Origin: Eledone cirrhosa
Taxonomy: Eukaryota
Direction of reading: 5' to 3'
Assembly: GCA_964016885.1 (NCBI GenBank)
Contig: OZ024741.1
Location: 352,346,001 to 352,410,000, forward strand
DNA length: 64,000 nucleotides
Below, in pieces: positions 1 to 15,900 of the stretch. The first letter of the stretch is position 1. The number at the start of each line of letters is the position of its first letter. A program made the position numbers and the translations under genes. The notes beneath the pieces were generated by a model. That model made no database searches. It was not told the origin of the DNA and saw nothing but the letters and a program-made list of their open reading frames with translations.

Positions 1-11
1 GTATATATATG

Positions 12-44
<33 letters not shown>

Positions 45-107
45 GTATATATATGTATATATATGTATATATATGTATATATATATGTATATATGTATAT
101 ATATGTA

Positions 108-138
<31 letters not shown>

Positions 139-139
139 A

Positions 140-200
<61 letters not shown>

Positions 201-519
201 ATATATGTGTATATATATATATGTATGTATGTATATATATATATATGTATATGTATGTATGTATGTATATATATGTATGTATGTATGTATATATATATAT
301 GTATGTATGTATATATATGTATATATATATATATATATGTATGTATATATATGTATATATATATATATATATATGTATGTATATATATGTATATATATAT
401 ATATATATATGTATGTATATATATGTATATATATATATATATATGTATGTATATATATGTATATATATATATATATATATGTATGTATATATATGTATAT
501 ATGTATGTATATATATGTA

Positions 520-550
<31 letters not shown>

Positions 551-577
551 ATATATGTATATATATATGTATATATG
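1..577. repeat. Degenerate (TA)n/(TATG)n microsatellite
   Basis: Almost pure TA dinucleotide with G interruptions on the + strand. Confidence 0.99.
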
Positions 578-702
578 TAGGAGGTGAGTTTTATTGTAGT
601 ACAATAAAGCAATGCAGATATCGGATAAGAAGCACTCTACAGTTTGTGGGAATGGAGTATGCATAATATAAGATCAAAAGATGGTTAAAGGAGTTCCATG
701 TA

Positions 703-766
703 TTTTATTATGCGCATTTCAAAAACAAACATCATCAAGCAATATTTGTGTTTTCATCAGATAAAA
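703..766 (-). ncRNA. Minimal type I hammerhead ribozyme
   Basis: On - strand: ttttat-CTGATGA-stem II-GAAA-tgcgca-TA-ataaaa. Confidence 0.8.
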
Positions 767-893
767 CAGGAGAACATGATATGAAGGCTAAAAAACACTT
801 GTTGATAGTGCAGTTTTAAATCAACATATCATATGTTGATTTAAAACTGCACTATCAACAAGTATTTTTTAGCCTTCATATCATGTTCTCCTG

Positions 894-960
894 TTTTATC
901 TGATGAAAACACAAATATTATTGCTTGATGATGCTTGTTTTTGAAATGCGCATAATAAAA
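894..960 (+). ncRNA. Minimal type I hammerhead ribozyme
   Basis: ttttat(894-899) CTGATGA(900-906) stem II aaaca..tgttt GAAA(943-946) palindromic tgcgca, TA cleavage site, ataaaa(955-960) closes stem I. Confidence 0.82.
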
Positions 961-1000
961 TATATGGAACTCCTTTAACCATCTTTTGATCTTATATTAT

Positions 1001-1005
1001 ATATG

Positions 1006-1072
<67 letters not shown>

Positions 1073-1119
1073 GTATGTATATATATATATATATGTATAT
1101 ATATATGTATATATATATG

Positions 1120-1152
<33 letters not shown>

Positions 1153-1222
1153 GTATGTATATATATATATATGTATGTATATATATATATATGTATGTAT
1201 ATATATATATATGTATGTATAT

Positions 1223-1272
<50 letters not shown>

Positions 1273-1287
1273 GTATATATATATATG

Positions 1288-1325
<38 letters not shown>

Positions 1326-1326
1326 G

Positions 1327-1361
<35 letters not shown>

Positions 1362-1362
1362 G
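1001..1362. repeat. (TA)n/(TATG)n microsatellite
   Basis: Direct inspection. Confidence 0.98.
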
Positions 1363-1363
1363 T

Positions 1364-3885
1364 CATCATCATCATCATCATCACCGTTTTACGTCCGTTC
1401 TTCCACGCTAGCATGGGTTAGACGGGTTGTCCTGTTGTGGGCAGTGTCTGGTCGGCTGACCATGCCTTGCTCATACAGGAACTGATCTGGCTTGATTTCT
1501 ACAGCTGGATGCCCTTCCTAACACCAACCTCATTTACAGTGAGTGCTGGGTGCTTTTTCGTGGCGCCTACACGTCCACTTTACAGTGTGGGCTGGGTGCT
1601 TTTTTGCCGTGGCACCTCCACGACCACCTTGCGGTGGGGGGGGGGGCATATTGTTTATATGCTTCAGCATGTACCCATGGGAGGTCGGGTACCCTGTATT
1701 ACTGCGTGACGCCAGAAGTCACGGTCGTGTGTCATTGACTTTGAGAGGTGTAGTTGGGTAAGGTCGGCTTTTATCACCTCATCCCAAGTCATCTTGGGTC
1801 TCCCCACTCCGCGGTTTCCATCAACTTCTAGTGCTCTGCACCTTTTTATGCAGCTGTCATCCTTCATACGCATCACATGTCCATACCAGCGTAACCGCCT
1901 CTCCTGCACGCAGCATTTGATTCCTCTTATGCTCAGTCTCTCTCTCAATTCATTTATGCTTTGTCGTTCACGTATATTACTGTTACACATCCATCGGAGC
2001 ATGCAGGCTTCGTTTCTCTCTAATCTACGTAAGTCTTCCACCTTCAGCGCCCAGGTCTCACTACCATGCAACATCGCTGTTCGGATACACGCATCATACA
2101 GTCTGCCTTTCATTCTGAGGGAGAAGCCTTTTGCAGCTAGCAGTGGTAGTAGTTCCCTAAACTTCTTCCATCCCGTTCTTACCCTAGTTATTGTACTTTC
2201 TGAGCACCCACCTCCGTTGCTAATTCGGTCACCTAGGTAGCAGAAGCTGTCTACTGTTTCTACAGGGCCCTCCCAGAGATTGGTGGTACTTGTTTCCTGT
2301 GGCTGTTTGCTTGCTGTTTCAGCACAGCTGCTGCATGTGAATCCTACATTCTTAATTAAGCTTCCTGAGATCCCGCTACATCTCTTGTGTACCCATTGTT
2401 TGCATTTGGGGCAAAGAATGGAGTTCCTACCTACACCTTTCCTACATACTGAGCAAGGCCATTTCCCTGAGGGGATCTGGGTTCTGTTTTCTCGTCTACT
2501 TATAAGGACCTTAGTCTTTGTCATGTTGACTTTGAGGCCCTTTCTCTCTAGTCCCTGCTTCCAGGTTTGGAATTTATTCTCTAGTTCTACCATAGATTCA
2601 GCTATGAGTGCGAGGTCATCAGCATACAGGAGTTCCCATGGGCATCCGGTCTTAAACTCCTCCGTTATTGCCTGCAGGACTATGATGAACAGGAGAGGGC
2701 TAAGAACAGAGCCCTGGTGGACCCCAACCTGTACGCTAAATTCCTCGCTATACTCATTGCCAATCCTAACTTTGCTGACTGCTCCCCTATACATGGCTTG
2801 TACCGCTTTCACAAGCCATTCATCTACTCCTAGTTTTCTAAGAGCCCACCAGATTACTGCACGTGGAACTCTGTCAAAGGCTTTCTCAAGGTCGACAAAT
2901 GCCAAGTAGAGTGGCTTACTTTTAGCTAGGTACTTTTCCTGTAATTGCCTCACAAGGAAGAGCGCATCAGTGGTGCCTTTCCCTGGAACAAACCCAAATT
3001 GCATCTCGTCTATATTCACCCGGTCCCTAATCAGCTGTGCTATAACTCTTTCTGTTACTTTCATGACCTGGTCCATCAACTTTATACCTCTATAGTTTCC
3101 TCTATCTAGTGCATCGCCTTTACCTTTGTAGCAGTTGACAATGATGCTACTGCACCAATCTTTTGGTATGGCCCCCTCTAGTATTACCTGGTTAACGATA
3201 CGTGTGGTTATAGTGTGACCTACAGACCCAGATGCCTTCAGCATCTCGGCAGCTATACCCGATGGACCGGTTGCCTTCCCTATCTTCATATCTCTGATTG
3301 CCTTACTTACTACGCTGCCGCTGACTTGTACTGCTGGTCCCTCTATAGGGTCTACGTGGGGTAGGGTCTCTTCTTCCCATGCATTCTCCTCATTTAGTAA
3401 TCTATCATAATGACTCTTCCATGCATCTTTCTTCTCAGCACTTGTGAGGGCAAGCTCACCTTTATCATTCCGGATACACTTCTCTCCAATGACATCACAA
3501 CTATCTCTGACACACTGCCTCGCAATCTTGAATACCTCCTGTTTCTGGTCCTCACGTTGTAAAACATGCTTGAATTTTCTATCCTCTGCTTCCCTCCTAG
3601 CTAAGTATACTTGTCGCCTAGCTTCCCTCTTGGTCTCTATGTAATGTACCCTGCTCCCCCCGTTCTTCCATTCTTTCCATGCCTGTCTCTTGGCCTTGAC
3701 TGCTTCATCTACCTTATTGTTCCACCACCAAGTCACTCTCCTCCTGCTTGAGGTCTTACTCCAGCCACAAACCTCATCCGTCGCCTCTAGTAAGTTATTT
3801 TTTAGGAACTCCCAGTTCTCTTCTACGTTAAATGTATCTATCTGTTCTTCTTTACTGTCGTAGGCGTTGAGTAAAATATCTTTAA
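1364..3885 (-). mobile_element. 5'-truncated RTE-clade LINE with (GAT)n tail
   Basis: RT ORF, 3' UTR ending ...aacccatgctagcgtggaagaacggacgtaaaacggtgatgatg; both ends abut (TA)n. Confidence 0.95.
1664..3736 (-). CDS. RTE LINE ORF (reverse transcriptase + PHD-like finger), N-terminally truncated but otherwise open
   Basis: [81 protein letters not shown]. Confidence 0.93.
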   Translation of the reverse strand: MTWWWNNKVDEAVKAKRQAWKEWKNGGSRVHYIETKREARRQVYLARREAEDRKFKHVLQREDQKQEVFKIARQCVRDSCDVIGEKCIRNDKGELALTSAEKKDAWKSHYDRLLNEENAWEEETLPHVDPIEGPAVQVSGSVVSKAIRDMKIGKATGPSGIAAEMLKASGSVGHTITTRIVNQVILEGAIPKDWCSSIIVNCYKGKGDALDRGNYRGIKLMDQVMKVTERVIAQLIRDRVNIDEMQFGFVPGKGTTDALFLVRQLQEKYLAKSKPLYLAFVDLEKAFDRVPRAVIWWALRKLGVDEWLVKAVQAMYRGAVSKVRIGNEYSEEFSVQVGVHQGSVLSPLLFIIVLQAITEEFKTGCPWELLYADDLALIAESMVELENKFQTWKQGLERKGLKVNMTKTKVLISRRENRTQIPSGKWPCSVCRKGVGRNSILCPKCKQWVHKRCSGISGSLIKNVGFTCSSCAETASKQPQETSTTNLWEGPVETVDSFCYLGDRISNGGGCSESTITRVRTGWKKFRELLPLLAAKGFSLRMKGRLYDACIRTAMLHGSETWALKVEDLRRLERNEACMLRWMCNSNIRERQSINELRERLSIRGIKCCVQERRLRWYGHVMRMKDDSCIKRCRALEVDGNRGVGRPKMTWDEVIKADLTQLHLSKSMTHDRDFWRHAVIQGTRPPMGTC

Positions 3886-3892
3886 ATGTATG

Positions 3893-3943
<51 letters not shown>

Positions 3944-4027
3944 GTATGTATATATATATATATGTATGTATATATATATATATGTATGTATATATATATA
4001 TATGTATGTATATATATATATATGTAT

Positions 4028-4069
<42 letters not shown>

Positions 4070-4098
4070 GTATGTATATATATATATATATATGTATG

Positions 4099-4135
<37 letters not shown>

Positions 4136-4344
4136 TGTTATATTTGGGGAGGGTCATATTTGCGTAATATTGCCAGAATTAATAACAGAACACACTCACT
4201 GTTTGGTTGGTTTTCTCTTCTCGCTGTCTGTTATATCTGCGATCTAACTTACTCGGTCCTCAATGTTGCCATTGACTGACCGACGGTCAAAAATAATACA
4301 GGTACAATATAGACACAAACACATATATATAGTTTACATAATTT

Positions 4345-4385
4345 ACATAAATCTTTCGTTGCACATCTGCAACATTGTCAGTGGT
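4345..4385 (-). ncRNA. Degenerate hammerhead motif in PLE 3' UTR
   Basis: CTGACAA (G8 to A) t-gttgca-gatg-tgcaac GAAA gattta; stem I weak. Confidence 0.5.
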
Positions 4386-4660
4386 GTTATATTGATTGTT
4401 TCTCCTGTTGTGTTGTATGTCTACGCCATTTTTTGTTCAGTCTGTCTATATTTATTTATTTATTTGCTTGTTTGTTTATCTTATTTTATTTTGTCTTCTT
4501 TGCGCATGCGTTTGCGTGTGTGTATAGTGTTATGTGTGATGTGTGACTAGTGTGTATAGTGTTGTGTCTGCTGGGTGACTAGTGTGTGTTTATGTGCTTG
4601 TTGTTATTGTGCTTGTGTATGTATTTATTTATCTTATTTTATTTAGTTTTATTTACTTAT

Positions 4661-6546
4661 TTATACTTCTCTTAGGTCAGTGTTGTTTGTTTGGGTGTTG
4701 TTGTTGTTCCACTCATTCTTTCTGTTTAGCTTTGGTCTTCTAATTTCTATTTCACTGGCCTCTCTGATTTGCCTATCTGCTGGGTCATTCCTATGTTTAG
4801 TTATTATTCTAATTTCTATGTTGTCTATGTTACCGTCATGTTGTTGTCTAGCATGTTCGTATAGTACTGACCCGTTTTTTCGTCCTTTTAGTTCCCCCCA
4901 GTGTTGGTCTATCCTTTCACCTATGCTACGAGCTGTCTCACCTATGTATGTTGTTGTCATGTTTCTTCAAGTACCCTCTGTACATTTTATGCTATAGATT
5001 ACGTTTCTAGTTTTACAGTTTATCCGGGGGTTCACCTTACATATGATACATTTCCTATTGGTACAGTGGGTTTTCTTAAAAGGGTAGGTTTTGCTGATCA
5101 GGGATTTTATGGTGGTTCCTGGCTTTTCTACCACCTTTATTTTTAAGTGGGTCTTTCTCAGGGCCTTTCTACACTGGTTAGCTAATTTCCCTCCAGGGGT
5201 GGCGTCCACAAACATGACACTCTGATATCTCTGGTTGTCGTACCATGATGTGGCCTTCCCTATCTTATGTCTAGCCCTATTTAAGCTATTCCATGATTTG
5301 CTCCTGTATAGTGGGCAAATTCCTTTCATGTCCAGTTCTATGAGGGTCTTATACATTTCCATGGCTCCTTCGTATACTCTGACTCTGTCTCTTTGGTTGT
5401 AGCCAGAGAACTGCATGCGGTTGATGAAGTGTTGGATGTGTCCTTCCATTTCTGTTGGGTCGCACATGCTGGACACATTCTTCATCACTCGTACCAAATC
5501 TGCGATCAGAATATTAAACTTAGCACTAGTGGACATTGCTGAGTTTTTGAGTATCAGGTATTTGGAGGCCATGGGTTTAGCATAGTGTGAGTGGAGAATT
5601 TGGGCTCTCTCGTCTATAGTGTTAATCCAGAGTTCTGTGTCTAATACAGGTAGTCTATTGTTAGGGTGTTTGGAAGGGAAGTCTATAGTTACAGTTATAC
5701 TCTGGTGTATGGAATTAGCTATCTGCTGGATGCTTTCCATCGTGCTACGTTCTAAATCAAACTTGTTAGTGCTCTCTAGTGGGGGTGTTCTTATAACTAT
5801 ATTGATATCGTCTACATAACGAGAGTATGGAGTCTATGGAGCTTTCATTAAAGAGATCTTTAAGTCTCCTTTCCCACCATACCATGAAAAGGTTGGCAAC
5901 ATCACCAGCTATGCTGACGCCGATGGCTGCTCCCTCATTTTGGGTGTAGATTTTCTCATTGAACTTAAATATGTGGCCCTTTAGGGTAGTTTTGATACTA
6001 GCCCCTATTGCATGTGCGACCATTTTTCTTACCTGATCAGTGTTTTGAGGGGTCCGTATAGCTTTGGTCCACCCAATCCACCTTCCTATGGGAGTCTTTT
6101 TAGCCATTGAGGTTATGGTGGGGGGTCTACCTCTTATAGGTCTACTAGGGCAGAAACATCTAAGGTCATGGCTGTCCAGGTAGTCAGTGTCGTAGGTAAG
6201 TCTAAGTAGGAGGCCCAGTTCGTCTGTGTCGACGTCGCAGAACTCCACCTCACTCTCAATGATCATCTCCACACATCTTTTCACAGCAAAATCAATGTTA
6301 ATGGATGGGTACAGTGACACCACATCCATGCTGCCTATTATGCAGTTGGATAGGCTCCTGTTTTTGTTGCACTCACTGATTCTGCTGAGGAGGTCCTCTG
6401 TACTTTCACATACATCTGGGGACATCTTGATTATGGGGCGTATAACCATTGAGAGGAAGTAGGAGATCCTGTAGTTGCTAGCACGGGTCTTGTTGGTGGT
6501 CCTGTTGTCGGGTCGTCGACTGTCTTGTGGTCTTTGCGGAGCCCAT
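4661..6546 (-). pseudogene. PLE ORF: reverse transcriptase + Cys-rich linker + GIY-YIG endonuclease (two apparent frameshifts, one in-frame TGA)
   Basis: YGLRKDHK..GPPTRP, SMDVVSLYPSI, GAAIGVSIAGDVANLFMVWW, RYVDD (~5807-5821, in frame with the 4967-5740 ORF), LPVLD, CTNRKCIIC, VIYSIKC..YIGET, HARQQH, REASEI..LNRKNEW. Frameshifts near 6470-6490 and 5830-5845. Confidence 0.92.
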
Positions 6547-6670
6547 AGTGAGTGTGTTCTGTTATTAATTCTGGCAATATTACACAAATATGACCCTCCC
6601 CAAATATAACAATATCTGTTTCGACACACGATTTCATATAAAAAACCTCGCAAAACTAATTCATCGCTGC

Positions 6671-8891
<2,221 letters not shown>

Positions 8892-8892
8892 G

Positions 8893-9203
8893 TGTTCTTC
8901 TTTTTGGTAAATATCATCTTGGTTAAGAGAGTGGGACTGGCTTTGTGCAGTGCCTTTGCTCACTATAAAAGCTTCACGGCACAGGCATTGCTTTATATCT
9001 GGAGATCTCTCTGCATTTGTCGTCACATGGTACCATGGGCCCAGCACTATGTGTCAATAATTGTCACAAGTGTAGTGTTTGTACCAGAGCTTTCAAGTCG
9101 CTGGCTGGACTAAAAAGTCACACTCGTTCAGCGCATCAGTAGGGGTTCTCCTACATGGATATAAAGTAGTGGCCGTACTCGAAAACGAGTTGGCAGCCAC
9201 CAT
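8893..9203 (+). mobile_element. 5'-truncated copy of bipartite non-autonomous RTE (BovB-like) derivative
   Basis: Nearly identical to 60797-61110; ends ctcgaaaacgagttggcagccaccat. Confidence 0.85.
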
Positions 9204-9251
9204 ATATATATGTATATATATATATATGTATATGTATATATATATATATGT

Positions 9252-9252
<1 letters not shown>

Positions 9253-9286
<34 letters not shown>

Positions 9287-9466
9287 TTTACGTCCGCTTT
9301 TCCCTGCTTGCAAGGGTGGGACGGGTCTTATTCAGCACAGCATCTCTCCACTCGTCACGGTCCCTCGTCATCTCCACCGTGAGCTTCAATGATCTGAGGT
9401 CTGTTCTCACCACCTCCGCCCATGTTTTTCGTGGTCTACCTCTACTACGTCTTCCTTCAACTGGCA
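9253..9466 (-). mobile_element. RTE LINE 3' fragment (subfamily with ORF running almost to the tail)
   Basis: [28 protein letters not shown], then ggacgtaaaa(tga)n. Confidence 0.9.
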
Positions 9467-11735
<2,269 letters not shown>

Positions 11736-12587
11736 TAACTTTGAATAACTTTGAAATGTTTTGGCCAGTATTGGCCCAGGCCATGTCTAACTTAATAGCA
11801 CCACCTGGCGAAGTCTTTCAATTCAGGATTTGGGCACCATGGCCCATTCGAGAAGAGAATTACTGTTTGCGGAGACATATCCGGGTGTGGGTGGTTTGTC
11901 CGGGATTACTTGGAGGAATTTGTCCAAAGACTTCTTGAATTTTGTGTGGTCAGTTTCTGTTTTGACGTGTCCTGGTGTGATGTTGAAGAGAGCAGGGCCG
12001 ATTGAGGTGAAATAATTGTGCCGTATTGTTGTTATGAGTTGCGATTTAGATTTTTGAATGGGACGGATAGCACGGGGCCCAAGCCTTGGGTGTATCTTGA
12101 AGGCGATGCCAACATCATTTGGGCAGTGATGATGGAACATTTTCCACATCATGCAGATAATATAACGCTCACGGCGACGTTGGAGTGAGTAAAGTTTCAG
12201 GTTTTCTAATCGACCCCAGTAGTCAAGGTCTGACATGCCATCTATCTTTTTCGTGATTGCCCTTTGAGGAGCTTCAAGTTTCATGATACTTTGTTTCGTG
12301 TGGGGAGACCACAGTGGACAACAGTATTCAAGGTGTGGTCGGGCAAAAGTAGAGAAGAGAAGGATAATGGTGCGGGAATCTCTCGACTGGAAGGTTCTGA
12401 GGATCCAGGAACACATTCTGCGGGCCATGTCAACTTTGCTGCTTATATGCGTGGTCCAGCTTATGTTGCTGTCCACAGTTACTCCCAAGTCTCTGATGTT
12501 GTCAGATGCCACGAGAGTTTCCCCGGAGGGAAGGGAGTACGGGAGTTTCAGAGCATCCTCTTTTCCAAAGTGGATAAGTTCGAATTT
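11736..12587 (-). mobile_element. 5'-truncated CR1-clade LINE (ORF2 C-terminus 11823-12512)
   Basis: [54 protein letters not shown]; 3' end ttcaaagttattcaaagtta; two other copies in window. Confidence 0.9.
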
Positions 12588-12608
12588 ATATATACAGTAT
12601 ATATACAG

Positions 12609-12662
<54 letters not shown>

Positions 12663-12805
12663 TATATGTATATATATATGTATATATGTATATATATATG
12701 TATATATGTATATATATATGTATATATTTATGTATATATGTATATATATATGTATATATATATGTATATATATATGTATATGTATATATATATGTATATG
12801 TATAT

Positions 12806-12836
<31 letters not shown>

Positions 12837-12938
12837 TATATATATATATGTATGTATATATGTATATATATATATGTATATATATATGTATATATGTATA
12901 TATATATATGTATGTATATATGTATATATATGTATATA

Positions 12939-15900
12939 TCATCATCATCATCATCAACGTTTAACGTCCGTGTTCCACGCTCGCGTGGGTTTGGACGGGG
13001 GTAGTCCCACTTGAGGCAAGAGTGATTGTCTTGCTCGCATAGGACTGTCTGGCAGGTTTTCTACAGTTGGATGCCCTTCCTAACACCAACCACATTTACA
13101 GTGTGGGTCTGGGAGGTTTTTACCGTGTTGCCTACACGGCCACATTACAGCGTGGACTGTGTGTTTTTTTTTTTGTCGTGACACCTACACGATCTCATTT
13201 GTTTCGGCCTGGATGGCGCGGCACCAACATAACTTTACATAGAACGGGGTGGTGTGGATAGGGTGGGGGTGGTGGGGGTGGGACGGGGTGTATTTTGTTA
13301 GAGATGCCTACTGGCTGGAGTAGGTTTTACTATATATTTAGGTAAGGCGGGTCTTCTCTGTTACTGAGTACCGCCAAAGGTCTCGGTCCAGTGACATTGT
13401 CTTGGAGAGGTGTAAGTGTGTGAGGTCGGAGTTTATCAGCTCGTAGCCTTCTCTCGAGTAAACAACATCTGATCCCTCTTATCTCTAATTTTTTCCTTAG
13501 TTCGTTTATGCTTTGCCGTTCACGTATATTACTGTTACACATCCAGCGGAGCATGCAAGCTTCGTTCCTCTCTAGTCTGCGTATATCCTCTGCACCCAAT
13601 GCCCAGGTCTCACTGCCATGCAACATTGCTGTTCGTATGCAGGCATCGTACAACCTGCCTTTCATTTTTAGGGAGAACCCTTTAGCAGCTAATAGTGGTA
13701 TAAGCTCTCTGAACTTTTTCCAACCAGTTCTGACTCTAGCTACTGTACTTTCAGAGCACCCTCCCCCACTGCTGATTTTATCGCCCAGGTAACGGAAGCT
13801 GTCCACTATTTCTATAGAACCCTCTGCGCAATTGAAAGAGCTAGTATTTTGTGGGCACTTGCTGCTACTTATTGCACCAGAACACCGGCCACATGTAAAA
13901 TCTATGTTCTTAGTTAGCTTACCTGTGATCCCACTACATCTTTTATGCACCCATACTTTGCATTTAGGACATAAAATTGAGTTTCTACCTACGCCTTTCC
14001 TACACACCGAGCACGACCATTTCCCAGAAGGGACCGCCGCCTTGTTTTCTTTCCTACAAACTAGAACTTTGGTCTTAGCCAGGTTAATTTTAAGTCCTTT
14101 TGACTCTAGGCCGTGCTTCCATGTTTGGAATTTCTTCTCTAGCTCGGCCATTGATTCCGCTATGAGTGTCAGGTCGTCTGCGTATAGGAGTTCCCATGGG
14201 CAGCCGGTCTTGAACTCCTCTGTTATAGCCTGAAGGGCAATAATAAATAGTAGGGGGCTGAGAACAGAGCCCTGATGGACGCCAACTTTTACGCTAAACT
14301 CTTCACTATATTCGTTGTTAATTCTAACCTTGTTGACTGTTTCTTTATACATGGCTTGTATAGCCCTCACAAGCCATTCGTCAACGCCTAGTTTTCTAAG
14401 AGCCCACCAGATAATGGAGCGGGGGACTCTGTCGAAGGCTTTCTCCAAGTCGACAAAAGCTAAGTAGAGGGGCTTACCTTTAGCTAGGTACTTCTGTAGT
14501 TGTCGTACTATGAAAAGAGCGTCTGTGGTACTTTTGCCTGACACAAACCCGAACTGCATTTCATCTAGGTCAATTCTCTCTCTGATTAGTTGCGCTATTA
14601 CTTTTTCCGTGACCTTCATGATCTGGTCGATTAATTTAATGCCTCTATAGTTACTCCTATCTAGGGCGTCTCCTTTACCCTTATAACAGTTAACGATGAT
14701 GCTGCTATGCCAGTCCTTCGGAACAACCCCATTCTGTACGACTTGGTTAACTATGCGGGTGACCATGGTGTGTCCCACCGTGCCAGATGCCTTCAGCATC
14801 TCAGCAACTATTTCCGAAGGCCCAGCCGCCTTACCCGTCTTCATATCCTTGATTGCCTTACTTATTATACTCCCCTCGACTAACACTGCTGGTCCCTCTA
14901 TTGGGTCGATATGGGGGAGACTGTCTTTCTCCCATTTATTCTCCTCATTTAGTAGCCTTTCATAGTGACACTTCCAAGCTACCTTCTTATCAGCGTCGGT
15001 GATGGCAAGTGTGCCATCATCGTTTAGTACACACTTCTCCCCGACAATATCACGGTTTTCCTTGACGCATTGCGTAGCAATCCTGAACACCTCACGTTTT
15101 TGGTCCTCGCGTTGTAGAACATGCTTGAAGTTTCTTTCCTCTGCTTCCCTTCTTGCTAAGTACACTTGTCTCCTAGCTTCCCTCCTGGCCACTTGATAGT
15201 CTTCTCTACTTCCCCCAGCCCGCCATACTTTCCAAGCCTGCTTTTTGGCCTTAATTGACCCCTCCACTTTACTGTTCCACCACCATGTTACTCTCCTCCT
15301 GCCTACAGGCCTGCTCCAGCCACAGACTTCGTCTGTCGCCATCAGCAGGTTTGCTTTCAGAAATTCCCACTGTCCCTCTATATTGTCCGACTGTAAATGT
15401 TCTTCCTTACTGTCGAAAGCATCAAGTAATATGCTTTGAAATTTATTTCTGGCTGTGGGGTCCTTTAGCTTCCATATTTTTCTCCTGAGGATAGTCCTCT
15501 TCTGCTGTCGAGTACGTCTCGTCCTGACTATGAGGTCGCTAATTATCAGTCTATGTTGGGAGGTGCATTCTTCATGGGGGAGGGATTTAGTGTTTACGAC
15601 AGACACTCTGTCACGTCTTCTGGTAATGATATAATCTACCTGGCTTGTGTGTTTCCCGGATCTATAGGTGATCAGGTGATTGTCACGTTTTTTGAAGTTA
15701 GTGTTACAGATAGTTAGGTTATTTGCATCACAGAATTCCAGGATTCTGGAGCCTTCCTCATTTCTAGTACCAAACCCATAGCCTCCATGGATTTCGTCGT
15801 AGCCGTCACAATGTTGTCCAACGTGACCATTTAGGTCGCCTGCAATAATTATATAGTCACTGTCGGATATTTGGGAGGTAGTTAGCATCAGTGTCTCATA

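Larger units (their letters stand above)
578..1000. mobile_element. Palindromic hammerhead-bearing element (PLE-derived 3' end, inverted duplication plus ~85 nt tail)
   Basis: Arms ~663-829 and 831-1000 are near-perfect reverse complements around C830. The unpaired tail is 578-662. Flanked by (TA)n. A related copy lies at 62891-63298. Confidence 0.85.
4133..6670 (-). mobile_element. 5'-truncated Penelope-like element (Naiad-like) with inverted 68 bp terminal repeat and 56 nt tail
   Basis: RT and GIY-YIG motifs. 4133-4200 is the reverse complement of 6547-6614 (1 mismatch). The unpaired extension is 6615-6670. Flanked by (TA)n. Confidence 0.92.

Noticed and set aside
1794-2909. Antisense ORFs overlapping LINE ORFs (also 13508-15439, 59225-59612)
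   Set aside because: Shadow frames of RT-coding sequence with no independent motifs
4133-4720. SECIS element for the PLE UGA
   Set aside because: Candidate RUGA..GA pairs (~4152-4199, ~4676-4717) lack a proper 11-13 bp helix by eye; needs SECISearch on the consensus
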